Assembly: GCA_000708835.1 (NCBI GenBank)
Contig: DF237090.1
Coordinates: 27,753-91,752 of the forward strand
Reading direction: 5' to 3'
DNA length: 64,000 nucleotides
Origin: Klebsormidium nitens
Lineage: Eukaryota; Plantae; Klebsormidiophyceae
The notes beneath the pieces were generated by a model, which saw only the letters and a program-made list of their open reading frames with translations, searched no databases and was not told the DNA's origin. Shown one piece after another: positions 41,759 through 53,352 of this stretch. Within the stretch, counting starts at the first letter, position 1. Each line of letters begins with the position of its first letter. The position numbers were made by a program, and so were the translations under genes.

Positions 41759-43042
41759 TTAGTAGAAGCGCATGGTGACGGTTGGGTATTCCCTCTGAAT
41801 TGCCATTATAGTGTTCATAACGTCCACGTCGTTGAAGATTCTAAAGAATCTGAAGCACAGGTTCATTCTCTCCAAATTGGTCGCATTCTCCAAGATCCAA
41901 AAGAGGCAGTCCCGGCAGTCTTTCTCTATCGGGGCCGCTAAGTACACAGTAAAGTCAAGCAGACAGGGAAGCAAGTCGTCACATCCCCAACCATCGTCAA
42001 ATACCTTCAAAGACTCAAAGAAGTGCAAGTCTAGCTGTAAGGTCTCCACTTCTGCAATCCGCCCAAAGAACCTAACAATGTCAATTCTGTCGTTGCTTCC
42101 AATCGACTCCTCATCGGCTTCCCAAGGCCCGTTTGAGTCTGGAACCTTTTGCTCGATTGCCATGCTTCTCAACGAGGGGCTCAGATCTACCAACGTTTTA
42201 AGCACTCTCTCCCACCCGCCTTCAATCTCATATCTGAGGGATTCAGAAGGCTTGGGTGGACGGATGGTGAGATAAGACACCAGTGGCAAAGCAAGGGTAT
42301 CGCTAGCCAGAGGCACCATGTGCAGATTTAGGTCTAAGGTCACAAGTTGGTGCTCATCTAAGATCAGAGTCTGAGGACCGCACGCCTCCAGGAACACCAG
42401 CTTTTCCAACAGAGGCGTCCTGAACCTGAACTCTACATTCTCTGTCAAAACAGAGCCTATTTCGAATTCCTTCAAATGAGGGCTTTCTACTTCCATTTTG
42501 TGAGTAGTAGCGTCCCGATTGCCCTTCAGATCAAGTTCATCTATCTTCAGGTTTTCCAACTTTGGACAGACGGCTAGAATGGCATGCAGCGCCTCGCTGC
42601 TGGTGGACACATTGTGTAAGTTCAACGTGCCGAGAAACTCAAACCTGCTGTGGCCAGCGGGGAGACGCGTTCGCTCCCAATGCCACACCCTCCTAAGGAT
42701 CGAAAGCTCTTGCAGGTGGCATAAGCTCTCTGAGATTTTGTCAAGTGGCAGCTCGAGAACATCAGTATCCCAAGTCAGCGTTTTGAGCGCAGGCAGCTGT
42801 TTTGCTATGTCCGCACAGATTGGAAGTAAGGACGAACCTATGACAAAGCAACCACGTCGGTAGAATGGGGGAAGATGCAAGCACTCCACTTGCATTGTTG
42901 CAGCACGCCAAGCTCTGCATACTTGTCTAAAGCTCCGGTACTCATCATATGCGGGAGCTAACGAAAAGATCCGTGCAAGGAGGGCATCTGGGAGACGCTC
43001 CACCGGGGCGCAACCTGCTGATGCAACCATCAGTAGGCGCAT
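41759..43042 (-). CDS. Intronless F-box protein with LRR/RNI-like (FBD-type) C-terminal region
   Basis: Uninterrupted 427-codon ORF. The N-terminal F-box is LPDALLARIFSL...FRQVCRAWR, followed by LxxLxL repeats (LKTLTW, LQELSI, LGTLNLHNV, CPKLENLKI, SPHLKEFEI, LEKLVF) and a C-terminal WILENATNLERMNL. The start is at 43042 or 43030. Confidence 0.88.
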   Translation of the reverse strand: MRLLMVASAGCAPVERLPDALLARIFSLAPAYDEYRSFRQVCRAWRAATMQVECLHLPPFYRRGCFVIGSSLLPICADIAKQLPALKTLTWDTDVLELPLDKISESLCHLQELSILRRVWHWERTRLPAGHSRFEFLGTLNLHNVSTSSEALHAILAVCPKLENLKIDELDLKGNRDATTHKMEVESPHLKEFEIGSVLTENVEFRFRTPLLEKLVFLEACGPQTLILDEHQLVTLDLNLHMVPLASDTLALPLVSYLTIRPPKPSESLRYEIEGGWERVLKTLVDLSPSLRSMAIEQKVPDSNGPWEADEESIGSNDRIDIVRFFGRIAEVETLQLDLHFFESLKVFDDGWGCDDLLPCLLDFTVYLAAPIEKDCRDCLFWILENATNLERMNLCFRFFRIFNDVDVMNTIMAIQREYPTVTMRFY

Positions 43043-43557
43043 TCAGGCTTTTGATAAAAGCTAGGACCTTAGATAGTAACAATAAAGCACCTGATAGTGA
43101 TTATGTCATGGCCCATTCATATTTCATTCAGTCTCTTTGACTCTTTGAACAGCGTTTCGTTTGAACGAAGTTCTGACCTTCACCGTTCACGTGAAGGTTG
43201 CAGAACCTTGAAGTCTGTACAATGTACATGCAGCGCCCGCCGCGGCCCCCGGCCGGGGACCGTCACTTCGGCAAGTAGGACAAAGTACACTACCCGTACC
43301 GCCAAGGGAAATCGCCTTAAAATAAATATTTTGGGGTCGGTGCGAAAAGTTGGAAGTAAACGGGACCCTAACTGCGAAAAGGCGAAACTAAAGAATTACC
43401 TCAAAATGGTGAAAAGTCCTCTTTTGAAGGGCAAAAAAAGCAGAAATCCGCTTTGTGCGAAATGTAAAATAATTTCTCAAAGCGTCAGGTGAAACCTCAA
43501 AACGAACGAAATTAACTTTTCGCACCAAAAGGTGGCGAATTCCCTTGGCGGTACGTA

Positions 43558-44233
43558 TTATATTAGTGTCTCCGGAAAATCTTCTGTGTTAACACCCTCC
43601 CGTGCCGCGACCATAAATGAACAAATCTATGAAGCTGGCCGGTAGGTACCACACCTGCACAGCGGTCGTCCGGGCACTTGCTATCGCCGGCCGGGTAGCT
43701 GGACGACCGCTAAATCTCTCTGTGTCAATCAGGTTTGAATCTTTCTGAGCTACCTATTATAGGGTTATCCATTGACTGTGACTGTAACTTTGTTTTATGA
43801 TTGACACTGTGACTGTGGCTGAGGCTGTAACTGTGTGACTGAGACTAAGACTGTGACTTTGACGATTAAACCTTAATTGTGACCGTATACTCTGGCGCTT
43901 TTTTACCTGCCGGAAACCAATTGTGACTCATACTGTGGGTCTTGACACTGGACACTATAACACCAGACCTGGTATTGGTCCCTAGACTGTGACTGTGACT
44001 GTGATGACTGACTGTGACTGTGACTGAAAAGGCCCGGGCAGTGACTGTGCACTGGGCAGTGTCCCCGGGAAGTAGCTCGGTACCATGCCGGTGCCCGGTC
44101 AAAGAGGACCGGAGTCCCGCATCCAAGCAAACAGATCACTCTGACACATGTCAGACCATTAACCAATGCCTGCACAGATTGACGCCCTGTGAGAGTATTT
44201 ACTCTGACAGATCGACCGGAGACACTAACATAA
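43558..44233. mobile_element. Second non-autonomous TIR element (676 bp) inserted at a TA inside the first element's right end
   Basis: The 18-bp TIRs TTATATTAGTGTCTCCGG (43558-43575) and CCGGAGACACTAACATAA (44216-44233) match at 17/18. TA is duplicated at 43556-57 and 44234-35. No transposase ORF is present. Confidence 0.8.
43773..44050. repeat. Degenerate (GACTGT)n hexamer arrays inside the inner element
   Basis: Runs such as GACTGTGACTGTGACTGTGATGACTGACTGTGACTGTGACTG at ~43985-44027, with degenerate copies at ~43773-43860. Confidence 0.85.
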
Positions 44234-45103
44234 TAGTGTAGATTGTCCCTTTTGCGTCAAGCTTCGAAGCGACATCCCGAGACGGTCGCCGCCGGTAAAG
44301 GTTTGAGATTCAGCCGCCGGCGACGACCGCCAAAATAAACGGGCGCTCAACGGGAGTACCGACTGGCCGTTACCGCCGTACCGGCCGCCGACTCGATCAA
44401 CGGCAGTAGGTAGAAATGCATTATGCATTTGATTCTCACCGCCCTCTCACCGGGCGCCTGCCTCGTGTGCAAACATCCAAACAGTGCAATTTCAGTACTG
44501 GTCCACTGGATTTTCAACTTCAGCTGGACTCGACTTTCAAGAGTTCCATGCCATGGAACGTACCATGCATGCATGGTGCTGTTTGAGACAGAGGAGGGCC
44601 CTTCTTCAATCGATCAGTGCAATCAACTTTGAAAGAAACTCCAAGAGTATTGATTGCCCAGTTGATCAGCAAAATGCATGCCAGTGATTGCGCTGTCCTT
44701 AATTGTGGCGCTAGTACTATACTACTAGTACGTGCAGCTGACTTCTAGTAATGACTTGCGGGCATCAATATAGGGAACAGCGCATTGTGCCTCACTCATC
44801 TGAGCGAGACGGGTTACAGGTCTAGGGCTTAAGCGAATTCGTGCTCTGTCGTGCTTAAAGAACAAGATGACAGATTTGTATCTATTGCTGCCCAGATTTA
44901 TCGCAATGTGCTCTTATACTGGGCATCTTTGCTTGCAACATCAAAGAGACTCCCTAGAAAGACCCCTCTCAACATTATCAAACGCCTCGAGTTTCCTTGA
45001 TCAACTGCATGTCATGATACTCATAGCAACCGAGCTGCAAGATGAGCAAGGACTGAAATTATACATCACCTCATTGTGCAGGAGCCAGCATCAGCAAGGG
45101 GAA

Positions 45104-47508
45104 TCACTCTGTTCGTTCAACTGGTTGGCCCTCAGTGGTCGTGCTTTTGCCTACGTCTACTTTTGGCCGTTTGTCAGCCCTCTTTACCAAAGGAGTCCAC
45201 AACTCGGCTTCGTCATCCTTGCGCTTCAGTCCCCGCTCAACTTGCAGGGTCTCAATGAGCTTTAACGAACCTTCTCGTTGCTCCTGCAGGAAGATGAAGC
45301 GAACTTCAAGTGTCGGTCATCTGCTCGGAGTGGTAGATACGGGGCTGAAGTTTTGCTTGCAGACCATCAACCAGCTTGGAAACAGGGTGGGGGAAATCAG
45401 GCAGGCGAAGAGATTCCTCAACTGAAGAACTACTGTCTTCGACCCTTTCCTGATTCGCGACAACTGACATACAGGAGGAACCGTTAGCAAGCCCGAGTAT
45501 TTGCATTACATCAGGCAAGCATGGAACGCAGAGAAGGGAACGTGTGAAAAAAAGTTTTTTGGCCCAAACAACTGATAAACACGGTCCAAAAGGTTTGCTG
45601 CAAATCGCCCAAATCGACGACTTTTGAAGCTGTCACGGAGATTCACGTAAGGATTACCCAAAATCTATTCAAATTCTGGTCATGACAACGCAGCTTTTAT
45701 CGCTGCAAAATTCACGCGAATGTTGGCTTAGTTCGATGAAACTGAGAGATTCGGCTTGAAACATCTGTGTCAAATGTGGTACGTCAGAACCCTCCACGAT
45801 GCCAAGACCAAGTAAAAACAACGTCCTTTTTCCAGATCGCGCGACCTTCTACGCAACAGCGAGAACAGCAGTGGCAGAAGCTGAGAACTGAGGGCCACTA
45901 TGGTTGTTCTGACCTTCCACTTTTCAACCAGCTGTTTGAGCACGTCGGTACGGATCGGGTCCACAAATGACATGGGGAGGCCGAGGTCGGTGCAGACGCT
46001 AAAGGCAAACTCGTCGGGGGAGTTCTGGGGCTCGTTCAGGTCCCACAGCACCCTGTCCTTGTACGTCCGGCCCTCCAACTGCGCCATGCGAACCACACCC
46101 TTAGGATTAGATCTGTTCGTTTTTTAAGCTTGCAGCCGTGGATTTTGAGAGATTCAAGTCACGCCTTAAGCCCATATTGAAACCTTGCCTTTACTGCGTC
46201 GGACGTTTCACAATCTTGGGGAGCAGAAACGCTCCCCTTTAGCCTGCAAGAGCGACTGCCTTTGCTATCACGCGGCTTCGATGTAAGTACGGACAACAGC
46301 TTACTTTGAAAGCTTTCAACCGGTGGACCCTTTCAACTCGAATTTCCTGGCCCTCATTTGATCCAATGATGCAGGCAGTTGCTGGCAAAGAGGACAACGC
46401 CGCTTTATGAGACTGTTCGACTGCGGCCCAGCTGACTGACAAGATAAAACGCCCATGCCTATGGATCATCCGTATGCTGATGCTCTGGTTCAAACATCCA
46501 GCCCGAGCATATCAGTATGCATCTTCAGAACTCCTCCTGCCCTGGTCAACAAAAATACAGATTTGTACACCCAGGCCCCCACCTCCACGTTCAGATTGAC
46601 CTCAACAAGGTGTTCCTTGCACAGGTCCTTCTTGTGGTACTTCTTGAGCCCCACGTTCAACTGTGTGGCGATAACCCGCTCCAGTGCGGCTGGGACCCCC
46701 AGCTCCTCCCACATCTTGCGCGCCACCTTGATGGGTTCAGGGGGAGCATGAGCCTGGGAAAGCAAAGCAAACAGTGCTTCGTAAGACACAAAGTCTCAGC
46801 AGGGACTGTCCTTCCTGTGTTCCAACTTCCAACGTGAATCCAGAAAGAAGAGGGCCTTCGGCCTTGCCGCTATAAGTGATAGTAAGAGAGAACTTCCAAC
46901 GCAAAGTCTTTCTTGCTTTAATCAAGGCCCTGTGGACTAACTGAGATCTTCAGAGTTTGACAATCATCTGCAACGAGAACTGTGATGTTCCTAAGGTTCT
47001 GACCTGGCAGTTGTCTCATTGCCCGTCACTCGACAGCAAAAATGCAAGCCAGGAAGAGACCAATAAGTCAGTCAAGCAATGGTGGATCTCAGACCTGGAA
47101 AAGCTACTGAAAACCTTTTCAATCTGATGATGGGGTGGAGAGGCAGACTAACTACATTTGACAGTGTGCCACTGTCTCAGACATACTCGACAGAGCTGCA
47201 TGGCATTCTAGAACCTGGGGCAATGCGGGGTTTCTCCTTTCAGCATAAGTTCAGCCCTGACTTGCTAAGAGCTACAAGCAACCTTAGAAGATGCTATGAA
47301 GAGAAAGTGAGATATATACTGCCTCGTTCTAGACAGTGAAATGGTCGAGGACACCCAAAGAGGCGTCCTCGGCCCCCGTGAGGTGCAGCTCGTAACAGCT
47401 CACCTGCAATCTGTAAAGGAAACAATCTTGCAGCTGGAAGGTGTTATGTGTCAGATTCACATAGATAGGTACAAGACCTTCCACGCGGCGGTCAGCTGGC
47501 TCCCCCAT
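45104..47508 (-). CDS. Divergent SNF5/INI1/BSH-type repeat protein (SWI/SNF subunit-like); middle exon structure unresolved
   Basis: Exon 47404-47508 (EGLVPIYVNLTHNTFQLQDCFLY) resembles the start of SNF5 Rpt1. Exon 45914-46099 (YKDRVLWDLNEPQNSPDEFAFSVCTDLGLP) is a good SNF5 repeat. The last exon, 45104-45283, has KRKDDEAELWTPLV, like the post-repeat W-x-P-L motif. The 46305-46753 segment needs a small intron or a +1 frameshift. Confidence 0.7.
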
Positions 47509-48336
47509 CAGGCCTCACTACCAGCCTCAAGGTTATGCTTCTGGCACAGGAGCAGAAGACGCAGCAACTTTGGAGTGCTGCAATTGATTGTCGTTTTTGG
47601 AAGCGAGCTGAGCTTTAGTCTGGTGCCTATCCGGACAATTGAATGACTGAAATACAGCTCCAAAAGGTAGAAGCATCCTTTGTGGTCTCCCTTGCTTTTG
47701 CTGCTCGCTACGAGGAGCAGGGGTATGCGCTTCCTACAGGCTACAGTAACACAGATCCTGGGCAGCTTCTGAAACTGGGAGCTGCAATATTATCACTCTG
47801 CAAGATTGAAAGTAAAAATGGAAGGAAGTGAATTCACCGGCCAACACGCGATGGAACTTGAGCAGGTAGACCGGCACCGTTTATTCGCCACTTTTCCGCT
47901 TTCCTGGAATGGTAGCAGAGCTCTAAAAGGCTCTACATTCATATTAGCACACCGGCCGAAGGAACGGTCTAGACGCCGTCATCAGCGGTGATACCGGACT
48001 GCCCGGTAATTGAGAACAGAAAAGCGAGGGAATTCTTTTTGTGGACTGGTGCAGCTCAGGAAGAAGAACGTGCATTCACAAGGACGGAGCGAACTCTCTT
48101 CGTTGGAGGCAGAAGCCTAGGATAAGGACAGGAGATGAATCATATGCAGAGCTAGAGGTGCTACCCTGTGGAGGGTTGCCCATTAATCATTCCAATCATT
48201 TTCGGGTGCATGCTGTCTGCCATTCAGGTCAGCAGTGCTCTTTGTCAGCAGAACTACGAGGGCAACGTGAAGCTCATTGGAGCAAGCAAGCTCAGAGCAA
48301 GGTACTGAACTCCCGCCCCCCCTCCCAACAAGTCAA

Positions 48337-51300
48337 ATGTCTTCTCGGTCCCTCCTCAGCGAGGAAGACTATGAGGAGCTGCTCGAGGAGATTCACGGAA
48401 GGGCGAGAAGCAACTGCCTGCCCAGTGTTAAAGAGCTTTTAGGACATGAGGACGAAACATTGCATGACACCTTGGTAGAACCTGATGCTGAGGTGGGGGA
48501 GCACAAGGCCAGGCTGCATCGGCGCCTGTCATTTGCTGATGGGACAAGGTGAAGTGGCAATTGTATCAGTCTTTGCTAATGATCTGCTTCCAGCTCAGTC
48601 ACAGCCATGCTTGGCAAAATGAAGTCTCCATGCTTCAATGCGTGAAAGAGTTTGCAAACGAGCCTTAACATTGACAGTCTGACATGGGCATTATTTGTGG
48701 ACAGCCAGTCATGCGCTGCGGTCATGGGCATTAGCTGCATGAAGTTAGTGAGGTATCAGCCTTCAATCTAAGCATCAGCCTTCAATTTGCCTCAAAGTAG
48801 AGAGAAACAACTTTTCATGGCCTATCCGGAGGATTCCATCACCACTCATACGAATCCTGTCACTTGTCCTCTCCAATTGCCGAATTTCGCTTGTCTTGTC
48901 TGTTGTTTCTTGTCACATCATTCAGCGTACTCCAACGTAACCAGGATGACAAAGTGACGTACCTTTGCGTTGTTGCAGTTTTGTTGTTGGCGTCATCGTT
49001 GGAAGTGGTATCTTTGCAACGCCGGGCCAGGTTCTACTCAACGCCGGCAGTGTGGGGCTGACCTTGTTGGCCTGGTTGGCGGCTGGGGTGGTGGCTCTTT
49101 TCAGTTCCTTCATATATGCAGAGCTTGGGAGTGCCATACCCCATGCTGGGGGTGATAGCGAGTACCTGAGGGTAAGTCCTCGTTGTGCTTGGTCATCTCG
49201 AAGAAGATGAAAGAACGTAGGTTCACCAGGATCGTCTTTCTTGCCCTGTCAATGTGTCAATCTCTTTGGGAATTAAGATGCGGAGAGAGAGGGAAAGAGG
49301 GACCTTCTCAAGAAAGAGAAGATATGAGAAAATTGACAAGAAACCGAACGCTTCGAACGCAATCAGGTCACAGATCGACAGAGGATCATATTACTGTCGC
49401 ATAGCTGAGCAGTCTACCTTTTCTGCTTGCTTGGACGCCCAGCACCATGGCCTTTAGCGAAGCCTGCTCATAAACTTGACTCTGTTGACGAGAAGCAGAC
49501 ATCAATTTACACCTCAAAGCTCGATCACACTCCCTTCTGTCATCAAACATCCGTGAGCAGGTCATTTAATCCGACTTGATTGGCAGGTTCCTGTCAGATC
49601 AGAAGCTTCCAAGTCTAAACTTAATTTCCTGACTTCGGTCGCAGCTTGCCTTTGGCTACCCCTGGTCGTTCGCCTTCGTTTACTCCATGTTCTTCGTCAT
49701 CAAAACGGGGGGCCTTGGAATTGTGGCCATCACTTTCGCCCGCTACCTCGCCCCCCAGATCTTCTCCCTAAGCATCACGGACCCAGATCTAGATTCGGAC
49801 GTCCGAGTCAAGGCGCTGGCCGTGCTGTGCATAACCAGCCTCACAGTCTTCAACTGCTTCGGTGAGTACCGCCACTTTGGTTGCCCAATGTTTCCCAATT
49901 ACATTGAATTTTAGAGTCGTCCATTCCTATACTTTCAGATTGACATAGATCAGATTGAGAGCACCTCGCTGCATAAGCTTCTCTTTCATTTTCCCCTTGC
50001 ATCAGATTGGGGGCCAAAGGCTACGGTTGATGACGTCTGTTGATACCTGGCCCTCGTTTCCATCATCAGTGTTGCTTGTATCTCAGACCAACAGCCGGCT
50101 GATCATCAACATGCATCTCAACGGTATGCAAACGAGGCCGTACCTCACGCTCTCTGCTTTCCCGCTTCGTCTGCCTTCTGCGTACTTATCAGAAAGTTTT
50201 CAAATAAAACAAGGGGTAGTGTGCTTTCGAGCTCTTTCATGTATCAATTTCCCCGTAATTTTGTTCCTCACATTGCCAGGCGTGCACGCGGGTGCGTGGC
50301 TGCAAAACCTGTTCTCTGTCAGCAAGGCGGCCCTCATCACGCTCCTTATTTCGGCCGCTGTGATGGGCGTCTTCCAAGACCCCAGCATCGCAGTTGACAA
50401 CAGCCGGGGACTCTTTGAGGGCAGCTCGCTCACAGGACTCGGGCCCGCCATGATCGGCGCCCTATGGGCCTTCGATGGCTGGTAAGGGCCGGTTGCCATC
50501 TCCTTTTCTATTCTACTTCGGGTTTGCCAAATTTGGTGCGGTTGGCGTGCCGCTTTGGAACGAACTGACCCTCTTGTAGAGTAGTGCTGACAAGCCAACC
50601 ACTGGGCGGAAGGCCCGTCATCCTAGTTTTGGGTGTGTGCACGGCGTGTGTGGAACCGCACCGGGGTGTTGTCAGCGCGGTTATCTCGAGCAGCCTGTGC
50701 CCGGGTGCTATGCTCCGACGGCAGTTCAAGTCATGTCAGGTCAAATCAACATTTCCGCACCCGTCAAGTCTCGACTGGGCAGGTTTGGCTTAGGATGGGC
50801 TGCTGTGGTGGCCGCCTCTCGCCGTAGAAGACGACGAATATTTCTGGCAGGTTCCGTGAAGGATTGGTTGGCTCATGATCGAACGAACCGGTTCGTCATT
50901 TCATCCTAGCTTAGTGTTCTGCCTCAACCAACCCCCGGCTTGTCTGCAGGAACGACATCGTGTTTCTGAGCGAGGAGCTGAAGAACCCGGCCCGGGACGT
51001 CTCACGGTGCGCCATCTACGGAATATTTGGCGTCGTGGCCATCTATGTAAGCGCCCGTTTGCCCGTCGAGGGCCGTCGACCGAACTTGCGAAGGATGATC
51101 TTCTCGAAACGATTCCTCCAACCGTGTCTTACCTCTCTTTTGTCACCTTCGTCAAGTGTTTGGAATCAAGTCCGAGAGTTACTTCCATTCGCCTCTCTGG
51201 AGATTCGGAGTGCTTCAGCTTTGGAGCAGAGTTCGCTTTTTGAAACGTGTATGTCAGTCGTTTCTCGTCCGTTAACCGTGTTCTTCGTCGAGGCCTCTGT

Positions 51301-53352
51301 GGCTGGACTGAGGCTCAAGGCAGCGCCCGGGAACCGAAAGCTCCTTGATCGGTCTTCGGAGAACGTCAATTTGTTGGACTGTTTGCAGGAGGGTCTTCGC
51401 TATGAGAATATGTGGAGCTCTTCAATCCCTAACATGCATAGAGTCCCAAATACTAAAGTATCTGTTCGAAAGAAGATTTGAAACCTGGCTTATACGAAGT
51501 ATGTCGTGCGCAGATCCTGGTCAACATTTCCTACCTGTGTATCATCCCAGCCGCTGGTAAGTTGCTGGCATGAACCTCCTCGTCGTCTCGTTCATCATTC
51601 TCCGGACACGATACTGTAATCGCCTACGGCGCTCTGACCTCGTTGTCCACCCAAAAACTCGTGCACCTTGCTCCTACGAAGTGACTGCTGGACGTTTTGA
51701 AGGAGATATCCAAGCGGATCGCAGGCAATTACTGGTGTGCAGTAAATATTGACTCTTTCAAAACAACGCAGTCTTTTCAAGTATCCCTGCATTATAACGT
51801 TCATTGTTTTACTCCGTGTCCTGCATCGCAAAGCCGCAACATTCCTTGTCCCTCCACAATCTGGTGAAACGCCGATTCCATAAAGAGCGCTGCCAGAAAG
51901 TCCGACTCGTTAACTTCAGTTTGCCGCACCACCCCGTCCTGCTGCAGCCTTCAAAGTGAGCCAAGTGATCGCTCTCGACGCCGCCAGCCGCGCGTTCGGG
52001 CCGTGGGCCGGAACATGCGCTGCGCTGCTGACTGCCGCGTCAGTGTTGGGATCCTGTAACGGGAGCATCCTGGTGGGCGGGCGATATCTATATGCCACGT
52101 CGCGAGAGGGCCAGTTCTTCTCGTTCCTGGGCCGGGTCAGCCGCAAGACCGGGGCGCCCTACCCGGCACTGCTGACCCAGGTGTGACGTCAGCAAGGGCT
52201 GCTTTGTTACTCGTTCGGTCGCAAAGACAGAAGCAGGCTCTCATTGTGGGCCTGATCTCTTTGTAACTTCGGCTGCGAAAGGACGTCCTCTTAAGACGGT
52301 AGTGCCACTCCAGTTGCTCGTCGGAATGATGTGACCCTGGAGTCAGCGTTTTCACGTATTCCGAAATGCGAACACGTGTTTAAGACCACCGGTGTGCAGG
52401 TCCCGCATCTTGAGATTGCTTGCTTCCGTCAACCATTATTCTCCCCTTTTAAGTCGTCTATGAGACATTGAGCCCCTTCTTCCGCAGGGCGGTCTGGCGT
52501 GCCTCGTCCTGCTCGCGCCTGCCGCCAACCTCGCGTCCCTCATCCAGTACTTTGGCGTCGCCGTCTGGCTCTTCTACGGCCTGACTGCTGCGGCGCTCAT
52601 CAAACTGCGGCACGACTTTCCCGACCTCCCGCGGCCGTACTCAGTCCGGCCCTACCCGCTGGTGCCCCTTACCATCATCGCAGTTGCGGGGTGAGCGGTG
52701 CTTCTTGCTTTACTGCAGATTCGTCAGTAATGCAGTTTCGGTCAAATTCGTGCCGTTTGATTGGTAACTGTCGGTTCATCAAGGATCCAAGTTTTCCGCA
52801 TCGGGCAAAGTTTTGCAGGTTAGGCAGCTGCTGGCTTGACCGAATCTGCAGTACCTTGTCATCACTCCCTTGAGCTTTGCTCCTTTCTCTTCCGTAGCCG
52901 GTAACTTTGCCCGATGCCAACATCTGACTAGCTACAAGAACTTACGTTTAGGGATTTCAAATCGGACTGGCCTTCTTGAAGTCATCCTACTATAAGTCAA
53001 CTCTCGTGATGCTTTACGCAATTTCCCCTGCGTTCGCCTCGCAGTTCCCAACTTTGCACGCTGTGAGTAGGTCAAAGTGCAATGGCACCGAAGCCTGCTG
53101 TATAGTTGCTTTTGCCCGCAGCGTAACAAGCTTCGCCCGCTTTTCACCGTGCATAATGATCCCAAACCAACAGAATAGAGCAGTGTAGTGTCTGACAAGT
53201 GCCATCCCATAATCTGCAGGTACCTCATTGTCACGTCGTTCGTTGAGCAACCATTCCCGTCGTTGTTGTCGCTGGCATTCGTTTTGTCGTCCGTCCCTGT
53301 TTACTACCTTTTCTTCCGAGTCCAAGAACCGGTGGTGACCCGACTGTCTTGA
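48337..53352 (+). CDS. APC-superfamily amino acid transporter of the SLC7 L-type (LAT/y+LAT/MUP1-like) group
   Basis: Ten exons in frame: 48337-48548, 48979-49171, 49645-49861, 50280-50481, 50950-51046, 51514-51556, 51948-52180, 52488-52690 and 53220-53352 account for nine junction-checked blocks. Motifs: VGVIVGSGIFATP, YAELGSAIPHAGG, AFDGWN, EELKNPAR, SCNGSILVGGRYLYATSREG, LPRPYSV. About 12 hydrophobic segments. Confidence 0.93.

Larger units (their letters stand above)
43288..44238. mobile_element. Non-autonomous DNA transposon (MITE-like, ~273 bp without its insert) with CACTA...TAGTG ends flanked by TA
   Basis: The left end is CACTACCCGTACCGCCAAGGGAAATCGCC (43288-43316). The right end GGCGAATTCCCTTGGCGGTACG-TA-GTG is split by an insertion (43534-43557 plus 44236-44238). 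There is a perfect subterminal inverted repeat GGTGCGAAAAGTT / AACTTTTCGCACC, an AT-rich core, and TA at 43286-87 and 44239-40. Confidence 0.75.
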
